From Mobula birostris (Eukaryota), in assembly GCF_030028105.1 (NCBI RefSeq), contig NC_092379.1, positions 30,401,715-30,465,714 on the forward strand: a stretch of DNA of 64,000 nt, read 5' to 3'. Below the pieces are notes generated by a model that was not told the origin of the DNA, ran no database searches, and saw only the letters and a list, made by a program, of their open reading frames with translations. Below, one piece after another: positions 36,991 to 49,629 of this stretch (its first letter is position 1; each line of letters opens with the position of its first letter). The translations under genes and the position numbers were made by a program.

Positions 36991-39190
36991 GGTCAGGGTT
37001 CACTCTCCTTCTTCGGGGCTTTGCACCCCCAACCAAACACTGGGGCGAAAGGTCAACATCGTTGGTGGCCCGATTCACCCTCCCCGAGGTCGTGACCTTT
37101 GAACCGTCAGCATGTGCTCACTTCCTTTGTTTTCCGCTCCCATAGGTGCTCGGTGATGCTACAGTTGGGGGACCAGGTCCCTTTTGAGGATGCTGTGGTA
37201 AGATACCCGTCTGGCAGCCCTTTCTCCCACTCTCCTCCTGCAGGTCACTGGGACGAACTTGCTTTTGATTTCAGCCCAGTCGTTCCCGTGGCTTCCGGAC
37301 AACAGGATTTATGTCCCTAACTTCCAACACATCCACCACCTGTTTATCAGGGACAGTGGCTTTCTCCAGTGAATTAAATCCACCTCCTGTATACCCTGTG
37401 CCAGCATTCCAACTTACAATCAAACTCCCAAAAATGCACTATCTTGATAGGGACAAGAAGCGTCAGGGCCGGTGATGTCTGTGGAGAGTACAGTTTCCGT
37501 TCCGGAGCGTTCGGTGGGGGCAGGGGAAGAAATAGGAACCTATGGAAGGTTGGAGGTCAGAGTGAAAAGAATGGGACAGAGGGACTGTTGAATGAGAGAA
37601 AGGAATGGCAGAAATAGAGGGACGGTGTGAAAGAGGAAGAGTGTACTTGAGAGTGGTGAAGGGAGGAAAGGGGAGGTTGGGGAAAATGCGATAGGGAGGG
37701 TAAGAAATGGGGAGTTTGGAAACAGAGGTTAATGACAGAGAGAGTGGGAGAGAGAGAGAAAAAAAGGATGGGATTGGAGAGTGCCCCCCCTGTCCAGGTT
37801 CTGATTGAGGCTCTGAAATATTAATACCATTTCTCTCTCACTAGAAGCTCCTCTGCCTGCTAAGTTACTATGTTTTTTTTTATTTCAAATTTTCCTGGAT
37901 TTTTCTTGACCTACTCAACCTCAGGCCCTGTAGCAAAATCCCTTATTGGTTAGTGCAGTTTCTGTTTGGCGTTCGGACGGATTGCGGTGAGCTCCAGCAG
38001 CTCCCTGCCAGAAGAGCTCAGATCCGACCCATGGAGAGGAGCGGATCTTCGAATACATGGCAGCACAGAAACTGCCCGACTTGCAAGAGGGTGCAAAATA
38101 AAAGAACAAGAGAGCCTTCTGAATTGTTGAGGCCTCTCTCTATCTGCAGACTTTTCCCAGCCTTTTCGAGCATTGCAGGACGAATGTTCAGAGTTGTGCC
38201 TATTAAAGCAAAGTATTGAAGGTAAGGCAGATGAGCTTCGAGCATAAATTGTGATACTGTAGCCATTAGTGACAGCTGGTTGCAGGAGGGGCCGGACAGG
38301 CAGCTCAGTGTTCCGACTTTCCATTTGTTTAAGACTTGACAGAGGCAAAGTACCTAAGTGTAATGGTGACATTCAGCGAAATGCTTTGCAATGCTCAGAC
38401 AGGACACACAGGTTGGCTTATCTACTGTAGCTACATGGTGTAACTGAGAAATAGGAGATGGCTGATTACATTACTAGAGTTAGTCGACAAGAAATAGAGG
38501 AGCGAATTTGTAGAGAGAGAGCAGATATTTACAAGAAAAATGTTGCGAACCTGAGCATTTAACTTTCCGCATACAGTCCATGCCATACAGTCCTTCTACA
38601 TCATCAAAAAATCTGATTTCGCGACGTATTGAACTGATTCTGATATTGATTCTCATGTTAGCACATCGGATTCTACCCCACAGGCAGCTTCCCTGCATTT
38701 ACACAAACTCACCCATTGAAATAAAACCGAATCTTTGTTTTTGGTGTTTTGATAATAGTATAGAAAGCGATTGCAGGAATAGAGTTTGAGTTATACTCGG
38801 GCACTGGGATACACGAGGTCAGAGATACATTACATCAACTAATTTGGTCTCGATGTTCATATTCATATTTCCACGATAGTTCTGTACACCCAAAGAAGCT
38901 GGAATGCATGGATATTTGAAATGTAAATAAAAATGCAATTTCGGAGTTGTATTGTTTCGCTGGCGTTCAGCTGGTGTTTGTGTGAGCAGCGGTCGTAATA
39001 ATAATAGAAGGATTACAATACCTAACACGGAGCTGAACACTTATTTGGAATAGAAATCCGCAGGGAGATGATCTCCTATTCCCAAATAGTTTTAACCTAC
39101 AGAATAAATATGCACATCTACAGATACCCAATTCATATAGTAGCGGAATCCAATTTGAATGCCTGTGCGTTGTGGTCACCTCGACATGAA

Positions 39191-39260
39191 ATGATTCATA
39201 ATACGCACCTACCATACGGATAATATTACTACCCAATTATAGCGGCTTTTGCGGTCCCAG
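39191..39260 (+). pseudogene. GPR139-like exon 1 remnant
   Basis: MIHNTHLPYG*YYYPIIAAFAVP+G|GTAAG. The YYP..AA..VP phase-1 donor pattern matches the short first exon of this family; in-frame TAA at 39221-39223; no exon 2 found downstream. Confidence 0.6.
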
Positions 39261-39689
39261 GTAAGGTAACGATATCAGTTAAGTTGGATCAGACTGAAAT
39301 CTACATGATGCTTCAGTTCTTCCCTGGAGCTTGTAAATAGAAAAAAAATACATCTGTTGATATATTTGGAGCAGAAATCAGTACTCATCTGTCGGGGTTG
39401 TGTGTTATTTGAAGAATGGAAAACATTTACTCCTAAATGCTTTCTGATAGAATGAAAGAAATGATACCGCGCTGAAGTAAACAGCGAGTAACAATCACTC
39501 ACAGTGAGGACGTTTGTCTGTTCAGATGAATCTGCTGAATATTCACGTTGATCTGTACAAAATATTTTAAAACGTCCAATCTGCTTGCTTTGTAGCACCG
39601 TTTTAAATTCCTGTCGCCTGAATATTGCAGTAAAACGGATCTACGGGAGATTTAGGTGAATTGTTTAGGTGAAGTTAAAGCACGCCCTC

Positions 39690-40285
39690 CTCCTCATCAC
39701 TTGCTGATCAACTTCTATCGGACAACTATATAGAGCCTCCTGACGTACTGCTGTGCAGTGTGGTTTGCCAGCTGCACAGAACAGGACAGGAAGGACTTGC
39801 AGCGGGTGGTGAGGGTTGCAGAGCGGGTTATTGGCACAACATTATCCTCCCTCAGAGACATTTATACTGGCAGACTTCAAAAGAAGGCTACGTGTATTTC
39901 AAAGGATCCTACTCATCCTGGACATCACCTGTTTTCCCCTCTACCTTCTGGGAAGAGGTACAGAGCATTAAGGACGAAAACAAAGAGATCCTTAACAGCT
40001 TCTACCCACAAGCAGTGAAATGTATAACACCCGCTTCCCTTATCCTGCCCTCCTTTAAGACGGCGGCAGCTAAATGCATCACACTTCCAGGAATGGCAGG
40101 TGTGCAATAGTCCTACCCCCCCACCCATCCATATATTATTAATTTTGGACTGCATTCCTGAGGTTTTAGAGTTTATTTTATGTATATATTCTTTGCCATG
40201 CTACAAAACGTTGATCTGCTAAACTGTGTATCATTGCTCCACAACAATGACAATAAAGGTATTCTATTCTATTCTATTCTATTGT
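39690..40285 (+). mobile_element. Rex/Babar LINE 3' end
   Basis: ORF 39758-40018 WFASCTEQDRKDLQRVVRVAERVIG..LPSGKRYRALRTKT; aataaa and (attct)n tail at 40252-40283. Confidence 0.88.
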
Positions 40286-40297
40286 TCCTTGTGTAAT

Positions 40298-41382
40298 TGT
40301 CAAGGTCCGGTCCGTGAAGTCGGCGCTCGGGTTCACGGTTCGGACCGTGGACTCCGGACTCCGGGTTTTCCGGCTGGCCCTTGTTTTAGTTGGGCTTAAT
40401 CACAGGCACCCGATTCTCGTCTTGGGGCTGGGTATAAAGTGGCCCCTGGGATCGAGTGTGGGTGCTCGTTCGTCTTGTCAGTATCCCCTTGGAGCAAACC
40501 GCCGGTGTAAGGCTAGAACAGCCATTCGTGTTCTCTAGGCCTGGTTGGAGGACCACCGCTTCATGAAGCCTTGTTGTCTCTCGTCGGAGCAGTCATCGTG
40601 GTATGGATTCGGCCGTTTCAGAGCCCAACAACGGCTGCTGGCCGCCCCGAGACTCGCCCAGACTGAGCTCCCTTTCTGTCCTAGCCTCCGTGGGGCAAGT
40701 CAGGCCGACTTTGCCGTTACCCTGCGGTTGGATCTGTCCTTTCCTGTCCTCGCCTCGTTGAGTAAGTCAGGAGATATTTGCTGTTACGCTACGGTGGGAT
40801 CTGTCCCTTCCTGTCTATGCCTCTGTGGGGGTAAGCCAGGCCGTCTTTGCCGTTACCCTGAGGCTAGACTGTTCCCTTCCTCTCTCCATCTGAATCCCTG
40901 ACAGTTTCCTCGGCGGTTGACCTCGGCAGTCATCCCGACCCGACGTCCAAGGAAAAGACCCGGCCCAGCGAAAGCATCCAGGCCCTGCGTCCGAGGAACG
41001 GTCCCGGCCCTGTGCTCTAAGAAGCAGTCTTGGCTCCGTACTCAAGAGCCTAACCAAGCCGAGCCTCGAAGAACCCAAACCTGCGTCGAGTCCTGTAGCC
41101 ACGTCATGCCCTCGCCTAGTTCCGGGGTCCGAGCCCGAGTCAAGACCCAGGTTCTAGGTCCTTGTCCAGTCTCTGGCTCCGAGTCCAAGCCCAGGCTCCT
41201 AGTTCCCAGTTCTTTGTCCTGGTCCTGCTTTCCTAGCCAAAGTCCTAGCCCAAGTCTGTGTTCCTGTGCCAGCTCCTAGTCTGTGTCCAGTCCCGTCCCT
41301 AACTCTAGTCCAGTCCAGTTCCCAGTACTTCAGTGTCTGTGCCTTGAATTTGGGTCCGCCAATCAATATCCCCCATATGACA
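40298..41382 (+). mobile_element. Solo LTR (Gypsy type) with 5-bp TSD GTAAT
   Basis: Begins TGTCA and ends ATGACA; GTAAT at 40293-40297 and 41383-41387; no internal pol. Confidence 0.9.
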
Positions 41383-41974
41383 GTAATATATGATGATCTA
41401 AATATGCTGTGTTGGATAACAGACGACTAAATTGAGATCTGGTGTGTATGATGTGGAGCTTGGACCGAATAGATAGATGTTGCTTTTTATGTCGCTCTTT
41501 TGATGGAATGACCAACGAGAGTTGAAAATATAAATGAAGAAAACCACATTTATGAGAAATGAAGTTATTTCTTGGCATGGTGGTCGGTGGAATCTGGAAT
41601 GACCCGACTGAAAAAAGTAGACGAGCCAGATTTGATTGGTCGACAAAGAGGCAGTTGCCTAATAGGTGGTAGGTAGGAAAAAAAAGTTGAAGCGTGAAGG
41701 AGGTGTCCGATCTTCATTTAGAAGATTTCGCTCGGAAAGAGTCTTTGCGGACATGATGGGAAGAAATTCGGTTTGTGTCTGTAGCATTACAGCCTGGTAT
41801 TAACCATTCTCTCCGACACATATCTGCGATTGAGCTGTCCTTTATGACCGTGGATTGAGTATTTTTGGATCGCAATAACTACTACTTTGGTTAATTTTGA
41901 CAGAAATGAGAGACAATTCAGCCAGTGAGGGGTTACTATCCAGCAGTCAAGATAATTCCCTTTGCATTTTGATA

Positions 41975-42347
41975 CATAGAAGCATTAAAAAAAACATGAA
42001 AACCTAGAGCGCAACAGGCCCTTCGGCCACAAAGTTGTGCCGAACATGTCCCTACCATAGAAATTACGAGGGTTACCCATAGCCCTCTATTTTTCTAAGC
42101 TCCATGTATCCATACAAAAGACTCTTAAAAGACCCTATCGTATCCGCCTCCACCGCCTTTGCTGGCAGCCCATTCCACGCACTCACCACTCTCTGCGTAA
42201 AAGACTTTCCCCTGACATCTCTTCTGTACCTACTCCCAAGCACCTTAAACCTGTGCCCTCTTGTGGCAGCCATTTCAGCTCTGGGAAAAGTCCTCTGACG
42301 ACCTACACGATCAATGCCTCTCATCATCTTATACACCTCTAAGTACA
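41975..42347 (-). mobile_element. CR1 LINE 3' end
   Basis: ORF 42073-42348 YKMMRGIDRVGRQRTFPRAEMAATRGHRFKVLGSRYRRDVRG. Confidence 0.92.
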
Positions 42348-43194
42348 TGCTTAATTTTCAAGTTGTGAATATTTAACGATTGTGAACTTTAAGAACGTTT
42401 AAGATAATTAGAGAGAAAGATTGAGGTTTTGCCAGTGTGACTGGCAGCATATGAGGTTTATAGAACAGACGGAGACAGTGTCAGATTGGTTAGTTACGGT
42501 GCGGCATCTGCACTCGAACGCTAATCTCTTTCCTTTCTTTCGGGATTCTGGCAGAGATACTTATGTCTGGCAATTGGAGAAAATCATTCGCAGTGCTTTA
42601 CATGTAAGATAATCGGATAATTCATTTGCTGATCGACAACTGGATAGTCTTTCATATCTATTTTTCTCATTCGTATCGAGGGGACTAGCTGTCATGGTCC
42701 GGTCCGTGAATCCGCATTCCTGTTCACGGTCCGGTCCATCGACTCTTGTTCCGGGAGTTCCTGTTTTCTCCCTTGTTCTGTTGGGTGCCTTAATTGAGAC
42801 ACCTGATTCTCATTACCGACTGGCACATAAATGCCTATGTAAACCAGGGATTGCTTGCTGGACTGTTCCCTTCTCATCCCCTTCCGCCAGAAACCTTTGC
42901 CTGAAACCTCGTCAAGTTCAACCGCCGGAGTGAGACCAGAACCTTGCCACGCCAAGAGAAGTAACTATCTATCTTTAAGTTTGGAACTGTCTGTTTGTGT
43001 CCCCGTGTTTAGTGTCCTTGTTCGGTGTACGAGTCCCGGCCCTACGTCCTGTGCTTCCCAAGGAGGGGTCCTGACTCTGTGTTCCCTGTTCCTCTGCTCA
43101 AATCCAAGGTACCGTGTTCCTGTGCCCCAAGACCAAGTCCATGCGTCGTGTTCCAGCCCTCTGCTGGATCATCCCCATCCAAATCCTCCGCGGT

Positions 43195-43975
43195 TTAAAA
43201 AAGCAACACGAGAAATTCTGCAGATGCTGGAAATTCAAGCAACACACATCAGAGTTACTGGTGTATGCAGCAGGCCAGGCAGTATCTCTAGGAAGAGGTA
43301 CAGTCGACGTTTCGGGCCGAGACCCTTCGTCAGGACTAACCGAAAGAAGAGCTAGCAGGAGATTTGAACGTGGGAGGGGGAAAGGGAGATCCAAAATGAT
43401 GGGAGAAGACAGGAGGGGGAGGGGTGGAACGAAGAGCTGGACAGTTGATTGGCAAAAGTGATATGAGAGGATCATGGGACAGAAGGTCCAGGGCGAAAGA
43501 GAAGGGGGAGTGTGGAGAAAAACCCAGAGGATGGGCAAGGGGTATAGTGAGAGGGACAGAGAGAGAAAAAGGAGAGAGAGAGAGAAAGAATGTGTGTATA
43601 CAAATAAATAACGGATGGGGTACGAGGGGGAGGTGGGGCATTAGCGGAAGTTTGAGAAGTCCATATTCATGCCATCAGGTTGGAGGCTACCCAGACGGAA
43701 CATCAGGTGTTGTTCTTCCAACCTGAGTGTGGCTTCATCTTTACAGTAGAGGAGGCCATGGATAGACATATCTGAATGGGAATTTGACGTGGAATTAAAA
43801 TGTGTGGCCACTGGGAGATCCTGCTTTCTCTGGCGGACAGAGCGTGGGTGTTCAGCAAAACTATCTCGCAGTCTGCGTCGGGTCTCGCCAATATATAGAA
43901 GACCCGAAACGTCGACTGTACCTCTTCTTAGAGATGCTGCCTGGCCTGCTGCGTACACCAGCAACTTTGATGTGT
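43195..43975 (-). mobile_element. Penelope-like element (GIY-YIG end with inverted pseudo-LTR arms) nested in the LTR
   Basis: ORF 43641-43964 LLYIGETRRRLRDSFAEHPRSVRQ..HFNSTSNSHSDMSIHGLLYC..LEEQHLMFRLGSLQPDGMNMDFSNFR. Confidence 0.9.
43302..43337 (-). ncRNA. Minimal type I hammerhead ribozyme motif in a Penelope pseudo-LTR
   Basis: AGTC-CUGACGA-A-GGGU(CUCG)GCCC-GAAAC-GUC-GACU: stem I AGUC/GACU, intact core, stem II hairpin, palindromic ACGU stem III, GUC cleavage triplet. Confidence 0.7.
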
Positions 43976-44744
43976 GTTCCTCTGCAGTTTACCTTGGCAG
44001 TTTATATCGGCAGTCACCCCGGCCTTGCGTCCTAGAAAGCGTCCCGGCCCTGCGTCCTAGAAAGCTTCCCAGCCCTGCTTCCTAAAATGGGTCCCGGCCC
44101 TGCGCTCTAAGGAGGAATCCCGGCTCCGTACCCAGGAGACTAACCAAGCCGAGTCCAAGATCCGAGACAAATCTAGTTCAAGAGCCACGTCCTGTGCTGG
44201 AGATTCCTCGTCCTGTCCAGGAGTCTCTCGTGCTGTCCAAGCCACGTTCAAGAACTTCGTCCTGCACAAGCCACGTCCAAGGACCTCGTCCTGTCTAAGT
44301 TATGTCTTTGCCTTTTCGTCCTGTCCATGTGTCTCGTCCTGTGAAGGAGTTCCACGTCCAGTCATGTAGCCTAACCACGTCAGTCCTGGAGCCTAACCAC
44401 ATCAGTCCTGTAGCCTAGCCACATCCAGTATGCAGCCACGGCTCGCCCTCGCCTAGATCCGGGGTCCGAGCCCAAGTCAAGACCCAAGTTCCGAGCTCCT
44501 GTCCAGTCTCTGGCTCAGTGTCCTAGACCAGGTTCCAAGTTCCAAGTTCCTTGCCCTGGTCCTGCTTTCTGAGTGTTAGTCCTAGCCCAGGCCCGGTGCC
44601 CTTGTCTCGTCTAGGGCCTGTGTCCATCTCCAGCGTCGTTTCTTCCTGACTCCCCTTGCTTTCTTGATAAACCTTGTCCTGTTCCTAAAACTTCAGTGTC
44701 TGTCTCTTGCTTTTGGGTCCCCTTCCAACGCCCCCTCATGACAC

Positions 44745-45135
44745 TAGAATATAAAAGCAAGGAATGCTTTATAAAGCATTGGTCACACCACACTTGGAGT
44801 ATCCCGTGCATTTCTGGGCCCCTTATCTAACAAACTATGTGCTGATATTGGACAGGATTCAGAGGAAGTTCACAAGAATGATTCCGGAATTGAAAGGCTT
44901 TTCGTATGATAAATGATTGATGGCTCCAGGTTTTCACTCGCTGGAATTTAGAAGGATAAAGGGGTATCTCGTTGAAACCTATAGAATGCTGAATGACCAA
45001 GAAAGAGTGGATGTGGAGAGTATGCTGTCTATGGTGGGAGAGTCTAGAACGAGAGGGCACCACCTTAGAGTAGGGGGACGTCTATTTAGAATGGAAATGA
45101 GGAGGAATTTCATCAGCGAGTGGGTTATAGTCATA
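44745..45135 (+). mobile_element. CR1 LINE fragment
   Basis: ORF 44917-45201 HSLEFRRIKGYLVETYRMLN..ESRTRGHHLRV. Confidence 0.85.
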
Positions 45136-47155
45136 GCCATAGAACAGTACGGCAGAGAACCAGGCCGTTCGGCCCATCTAGTCCATGCAGAAACCTTTTA
45201 AACTGCCTACTCCCATCGACCTGCACTGGAACCATATCCATCATTTTCCTACCATCCATTACCTATCCAAACTTCTCTTAAACGTTCAAATGAAGCTCGC
45301 ATGCCCCACGTGTGCTGGCAACTCATTCCGCATTCTCATGCACCTCTGCGTGATGAATATTCCCCACATGTTCCCCTTAAACTTGACATCTTTACCCTTA
45401 TCCCATGATCTCTGGTTGTAGTCCCAGTTAACCCCAGTGGAAAGTATCTGCTTGAATTTACCCTATCTACACCTCCGTGAATTTAGTACACATTCCAAGG
45501 AGTAACGTCCTAACCTATTCAATACTTCCTTATAACTGCGGTCCACATTATACATTTTCTCTGCACCATTTCAGCATTGTCAGCATGGTTCCTGGTAAGT
45601 GACGAACAATGCAGGTGACGAAAACTGCACACAATACTCCAAATTATATCTCAACAATGCTTTATACAACTTCAACATATCATCGCATATTCTGCACTCA
45701 GTACTTTGATTTATGAAGGCCAATGTGTCGAAGGACTTTTCTGCGACCCTGTCTAATGTGACGCTACTTTCATTGCATTATGTACTTGTGTTCCCAGATC
45801 CCTTTGTCCTATCGCACTCCTCAGTGCCCCACCGTTCACTGTGTAAGACCTACCCTGACTAGTCCGACTGAAGTAAACTCCTCGCATTTGTCTGCATTAA
45901 ATTCCACCTACCATTTTTCTGTCCATTTTCGAGCTGGTTGGGAACACGCTACAACCTATGATGACCTTTCTCTGTGTGCAGTACACCCAAATTTGCCGAT
46001 CCACTTAACCATTTATCATCCAGATCATTGGTATAGATGACAGACAACAATGGACTGAGCACAGATCGCTGTGACACTTCACTAGCCAAAGGCCTCCAGA
46101 CAGATCTGCATCTATATACTACCGCACTATGACTTCTCCCACAAAGACATCGTCTAATCCAATTTATTACTTCATCTTGAATCTCAAGCAACTGAAGCCT
46201 CTTGACCAAGCTCCCATGTGGGACCTTGTCAAATGTTTTGCTAAAATTCATGTAGACGATATCCATTACCTTAACTTCCTCCACATTTCTGGAATCTTCC
46301 TCGAAGAACACTGTAAGATTGGTTAGACATGACCTATCCCGCGCAAGGCCATGCTACTATCCTTAAACAGTCAATGTCTATTCAAATATATATCTAGTCC
46401 CTTAGAATACCTTGCAGTAACTTCCCTACTACTGATTACAGACTCACGGGCCTGTAATTTCCTGGTTTATGTTTAGAGCCTTTCTTGAACAGCGGAGCAA
46501 CATTAGCTCGTCTCCAATCCTTTGGTACCTCACCTGTCACTAAGGATGATTTAAATATCTCTGCCGGGGGTTCCTGAAATTTCTGCATTTGCTTCTTTCG
46601 GGGTCCGAGGGAATGCCTTGTCAGGGCCTGGGATTTATGCACCCGCTTTGCCTTAGGACAGCAAACACCTGCTCCTCTGTAATCAAAAATAGTCTATGAA
46701 GCTGATGCCGCTTTGCCTCACTTCTATTGACTCTGTGTCTGTCTCCTCAGTAAATGCAGATGTAAATGTTCATTTAAGACCTCTCCCATCTTTTTTTAGC
46801 TACGCACAGGTATTATTGCCATTCTGATCTTCCAGAGGACCAATTCATCCCCTTGCAATCCTTTACCCTTTAACACATCTGTAGAATAGCGCAGGAGTCT
46901 TCCGCTATGGCAAACTCATACTTCCTTTTAGCCCTCATGTATTCTTTCTTAAGTATTCTCCTGCATTTCTTATACTCTGTAAGGGCCTCCTACCTGCCTA
47001 CCTACCTATACTTGCCTTCTTTTTTTTTTCTTAAACAGGGCGTCAATATCTCTTGAAAACCAAAGTTTCCTAATCTTTAGTTTTTGTTCTGTTAAGGATA
47101 TAGAAGCTTTTCACTCTCATAATTTCATTTTTGAAGGCCCTCCCACTTACCAAAA
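45136..47155 (-). mobile_element. Degenerate CR1 LINE (RT and 3' part)
   Basis: ORFs 46436-46642 (WRRANVAPLFKKGSKHKPGNYRPVSL) and 45949-46311 (YMNFSKTFDKVPHGSL). Confidence 0.85.
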
Positions 47156-47169
47156 TCAGCCTGTCCCAA

Positions 47170-48695
47170 TGGACAAACAACAGGAATTCTGCAAATGCTG
47201 GAAATTCAAGCAACACACATCAAAGTTGCTGGTGAACGCAGCAGGCCAGGCAGCATCTCTAAGAAGAGGTACAGTTGACGTTTCAGGCCGAGACCCTTCG
47301 TCAGGACTAACTGAAGGAAGAGTTAGTAAGAGAGTTGAAAGTGCGAAGTGGAGGGGAGATCCAAACTGATAGGAGAAGACAGGAGGTGGAGGGATGGAGC
47401 CAAGAGCTGGACAGGTGATTGGCAAAGGGGATATGAGAGGATCATGGGACAGGAGGCCCAAGGAGAAAGACAAGTCGGGGGGAGCCCAGAGGATGGGCAA
47501 GGGGTATAGTCAAAGGGACAGAGGGAGAAAAAGGAGAGTGAGAGGAAGAATGTGAGTATAAAAATAAATAACGGATGGGGTACGAGGGGGAGGTGGGGCA
47601 TTAGCGGAAGTTAGAGAAGCTATTGTTCATGCCATCAGGTTGGAGGCTACCCAGACGGAATATAAGGTGTTGTTCCTCCAACCTCACCTGCCAACCCACC
47701 AGCCTCCGGGTCCAACATATTATTCTCCGTAACTCCGCCACCTCCAACGGGATCCTACCACTAAGCACATCTGTCCCTCCCCCCGCCCCTCTCTGCTATC
47801 CGCAGCGATCGCTTCCTACGCGACTCCCTCGTCCATTCGTCGTCCAGCCCCCCCCCTCCCCCGCATCCTTTCCTACTGATCTCCCTCCTGGCACTTATCC
47901 TTGTAAGCGGAACAAGTGCTACACATGCCCTTACACTTCCTCTCTTACCATCATTCAGGGCCCCAGGCAGTCCTTCCAGGTGAGGCGACACTTCAGTTGA
48001 GAGTCGGCTGGGATGATATACTGCGTCCGGTGCTCCCGATGTGGCCTTCTATATATTGGCGGGACCCGATGCACTGGGAGACCGCTTTGCTGAACACCTA
48101 CGGTCCGTCCGCTAGAGGAAGCAGCATCTCTCAGTGGTCACACATTTTAATTCCACATCCCATTCCCATTCTGACATGTCTATCCACGGCCGCCTCTACT
48201 GTAAAGATGAAGCACACTCAGGTTGGAGGAACAACATCTTATATTCCGTCTGGGTAGCCTCCAACCTGATGGCATGAACATCGACTTCTCTAACTTCCGC
48301 TAATGCCCCACCTCCCCCTCGTACCCCATCCGTTATTTAATTTTATACACACATTCTTTCTCTCTCTCTCCTTTTTCTCCCTCTGTCCCTTTGACTATAC
48401 CCATTGCCCATCTTCTGGGTCCCCTTCCCCCCCCCCGTCTTTCTCCTTGGACCTCCTGTCCCATGATCCTCTCATATCCCCTTTGCCAATCACCTGTCCA
48501 GCTCTTGGCTCCATCCCTCCCCCTCCTGTCTTCTCCTATCATTTTGGATCTCCCCCTCCCACTCCCACTTTCAAATCTCTTACTAACTCTTTCTTCAGTT
48601 AGTCCTGACAAAGGGTCTCGGCTTGAAACGTCGACTGTACCTCTTCCTAGAGGTGCTGCCTGGCCTGCTGCGTTCACCAGCAACTTTGATGTGTG
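47170..48695 (+). mobile_element. Penelope-like element with inverted partial duplication
   Basis: GIY-YIG region 47880-48300 (YPCKRNKCYTCPYTSSL; MNIDFSNFR); 47180-47690 is the reverse complement of ~48190-48695. Confidence 0.9.
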
Positions 48696-48829
48696 TTCCT
48701 GTCCCAATCCACGGTTCCCAGATCACAAGCTGAAAAGTGTTCCCCTTCAGAAAATTCTGTGACCTGCCCAGTCTCATTCCCTCATAGCAGATCAATTATC
48801 ATATACTCATATTGTGGGACTTCTACCCA

Positions 48830-49200
48830 CTGATTAAGGAAACTTTCTTGAACATACTTGACAAACTCTATCCTATCCAGTCCATTTACAGTATGAGAAT
48901 TCCAGTCAGTATGTGGAAAGTTATAATTGCCTTCTGTGGCAACCTTATGTTTCATGCAAAGGACTGCGATTTTTCTGCAGATTTGTGCTTCTAAGTCCCT
49001 CGGAAATTCGGTGGTGTATATTATATCCCTATTAATGTGGTGTTATTTTTCCCATTCCTCAGCTCTGCACGTAACGCCTCATTAGCTGAGTTCTCCATTC
49101 TGTCCTGAGTACTGCCAGGACATTTACCCTGTCCAGTAATGCCACCCTTCCTCCTTTAATGCTCCCCACATCTCAAACAACGGAACCCTGCATCTGAGCA
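48830..49200 (-). mobile_element. CR1 endonuclease-region remnant
   Basis: Minus strand includes NYNFPHTDWNSHTVNGLDR.EFVKYVQESFLNQWV, typical of the CR1 EN C-terminal part. Confidence 0.7.
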
Positions 49201-49629
49201 GAAGAAGTTACAGTTTAGTCAAGGAGAAGAGAAGCAGGAAATGTAGTTCTCTTTGCTTCCTCCCTTATGTGGACTCTGAACTGATTCTTGCTCTCGGATA
49301 ATTTAATCAGAACAATTGAACGTGGACACAGGAAGCGTCGGGTAATGATCTGCTAAATCTGAGACCATTTTCAAACAAGTAGCTATTTGATATATAAAGG
49401 GTGTGGATTCCGAACTGCTTCTTGACCGTGGGACAATCTAATCAGAACAATAAATCTGAGTATTTTCGGAGGAGTAGCTACTTATTATGTAAAATGCCAA
49501 ACCTACCAAAGAAGCAATCAGTAATCTCATTAAATTCTGTCTGAGTTACGTCATTTAATTGGGTTGAAGCAGTCAGAGTTGAAGGATTAAATGTTGGTTG
49601 CAGCCCTGTGCAATGACCGTTAAGAAGGT

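Larger units (their letters stand above)
28796..38835 (+). repeat. Segmental duplication, copy B (direct paralog of 25-9265)
   Basis: Same order of Rex, Penelope, unique DNA, CR1, CT/GA tracts and downstream sequence; retains 753 bp (30245-30997) that copy A lacks. Confidence 0.95.
42690..44743 (+). mobile_element. Solo LTR related to 40298-41382, interrupted by a Penelope insertion
   Basis: TGTCATGGTCCGGTCCGTGA...CATGACA termini; flanks CTAGC and CTAGA (imperfect TSD). Confidence 0.85.

Noticed and set aside
41000-41330. CRISPR-like or satellite array (also 44050-44700)
   Set aside because: Irregular degenerate motifs inside TSD-flanked LTRs, no constant repeat-spacer period, eukaryotic context.
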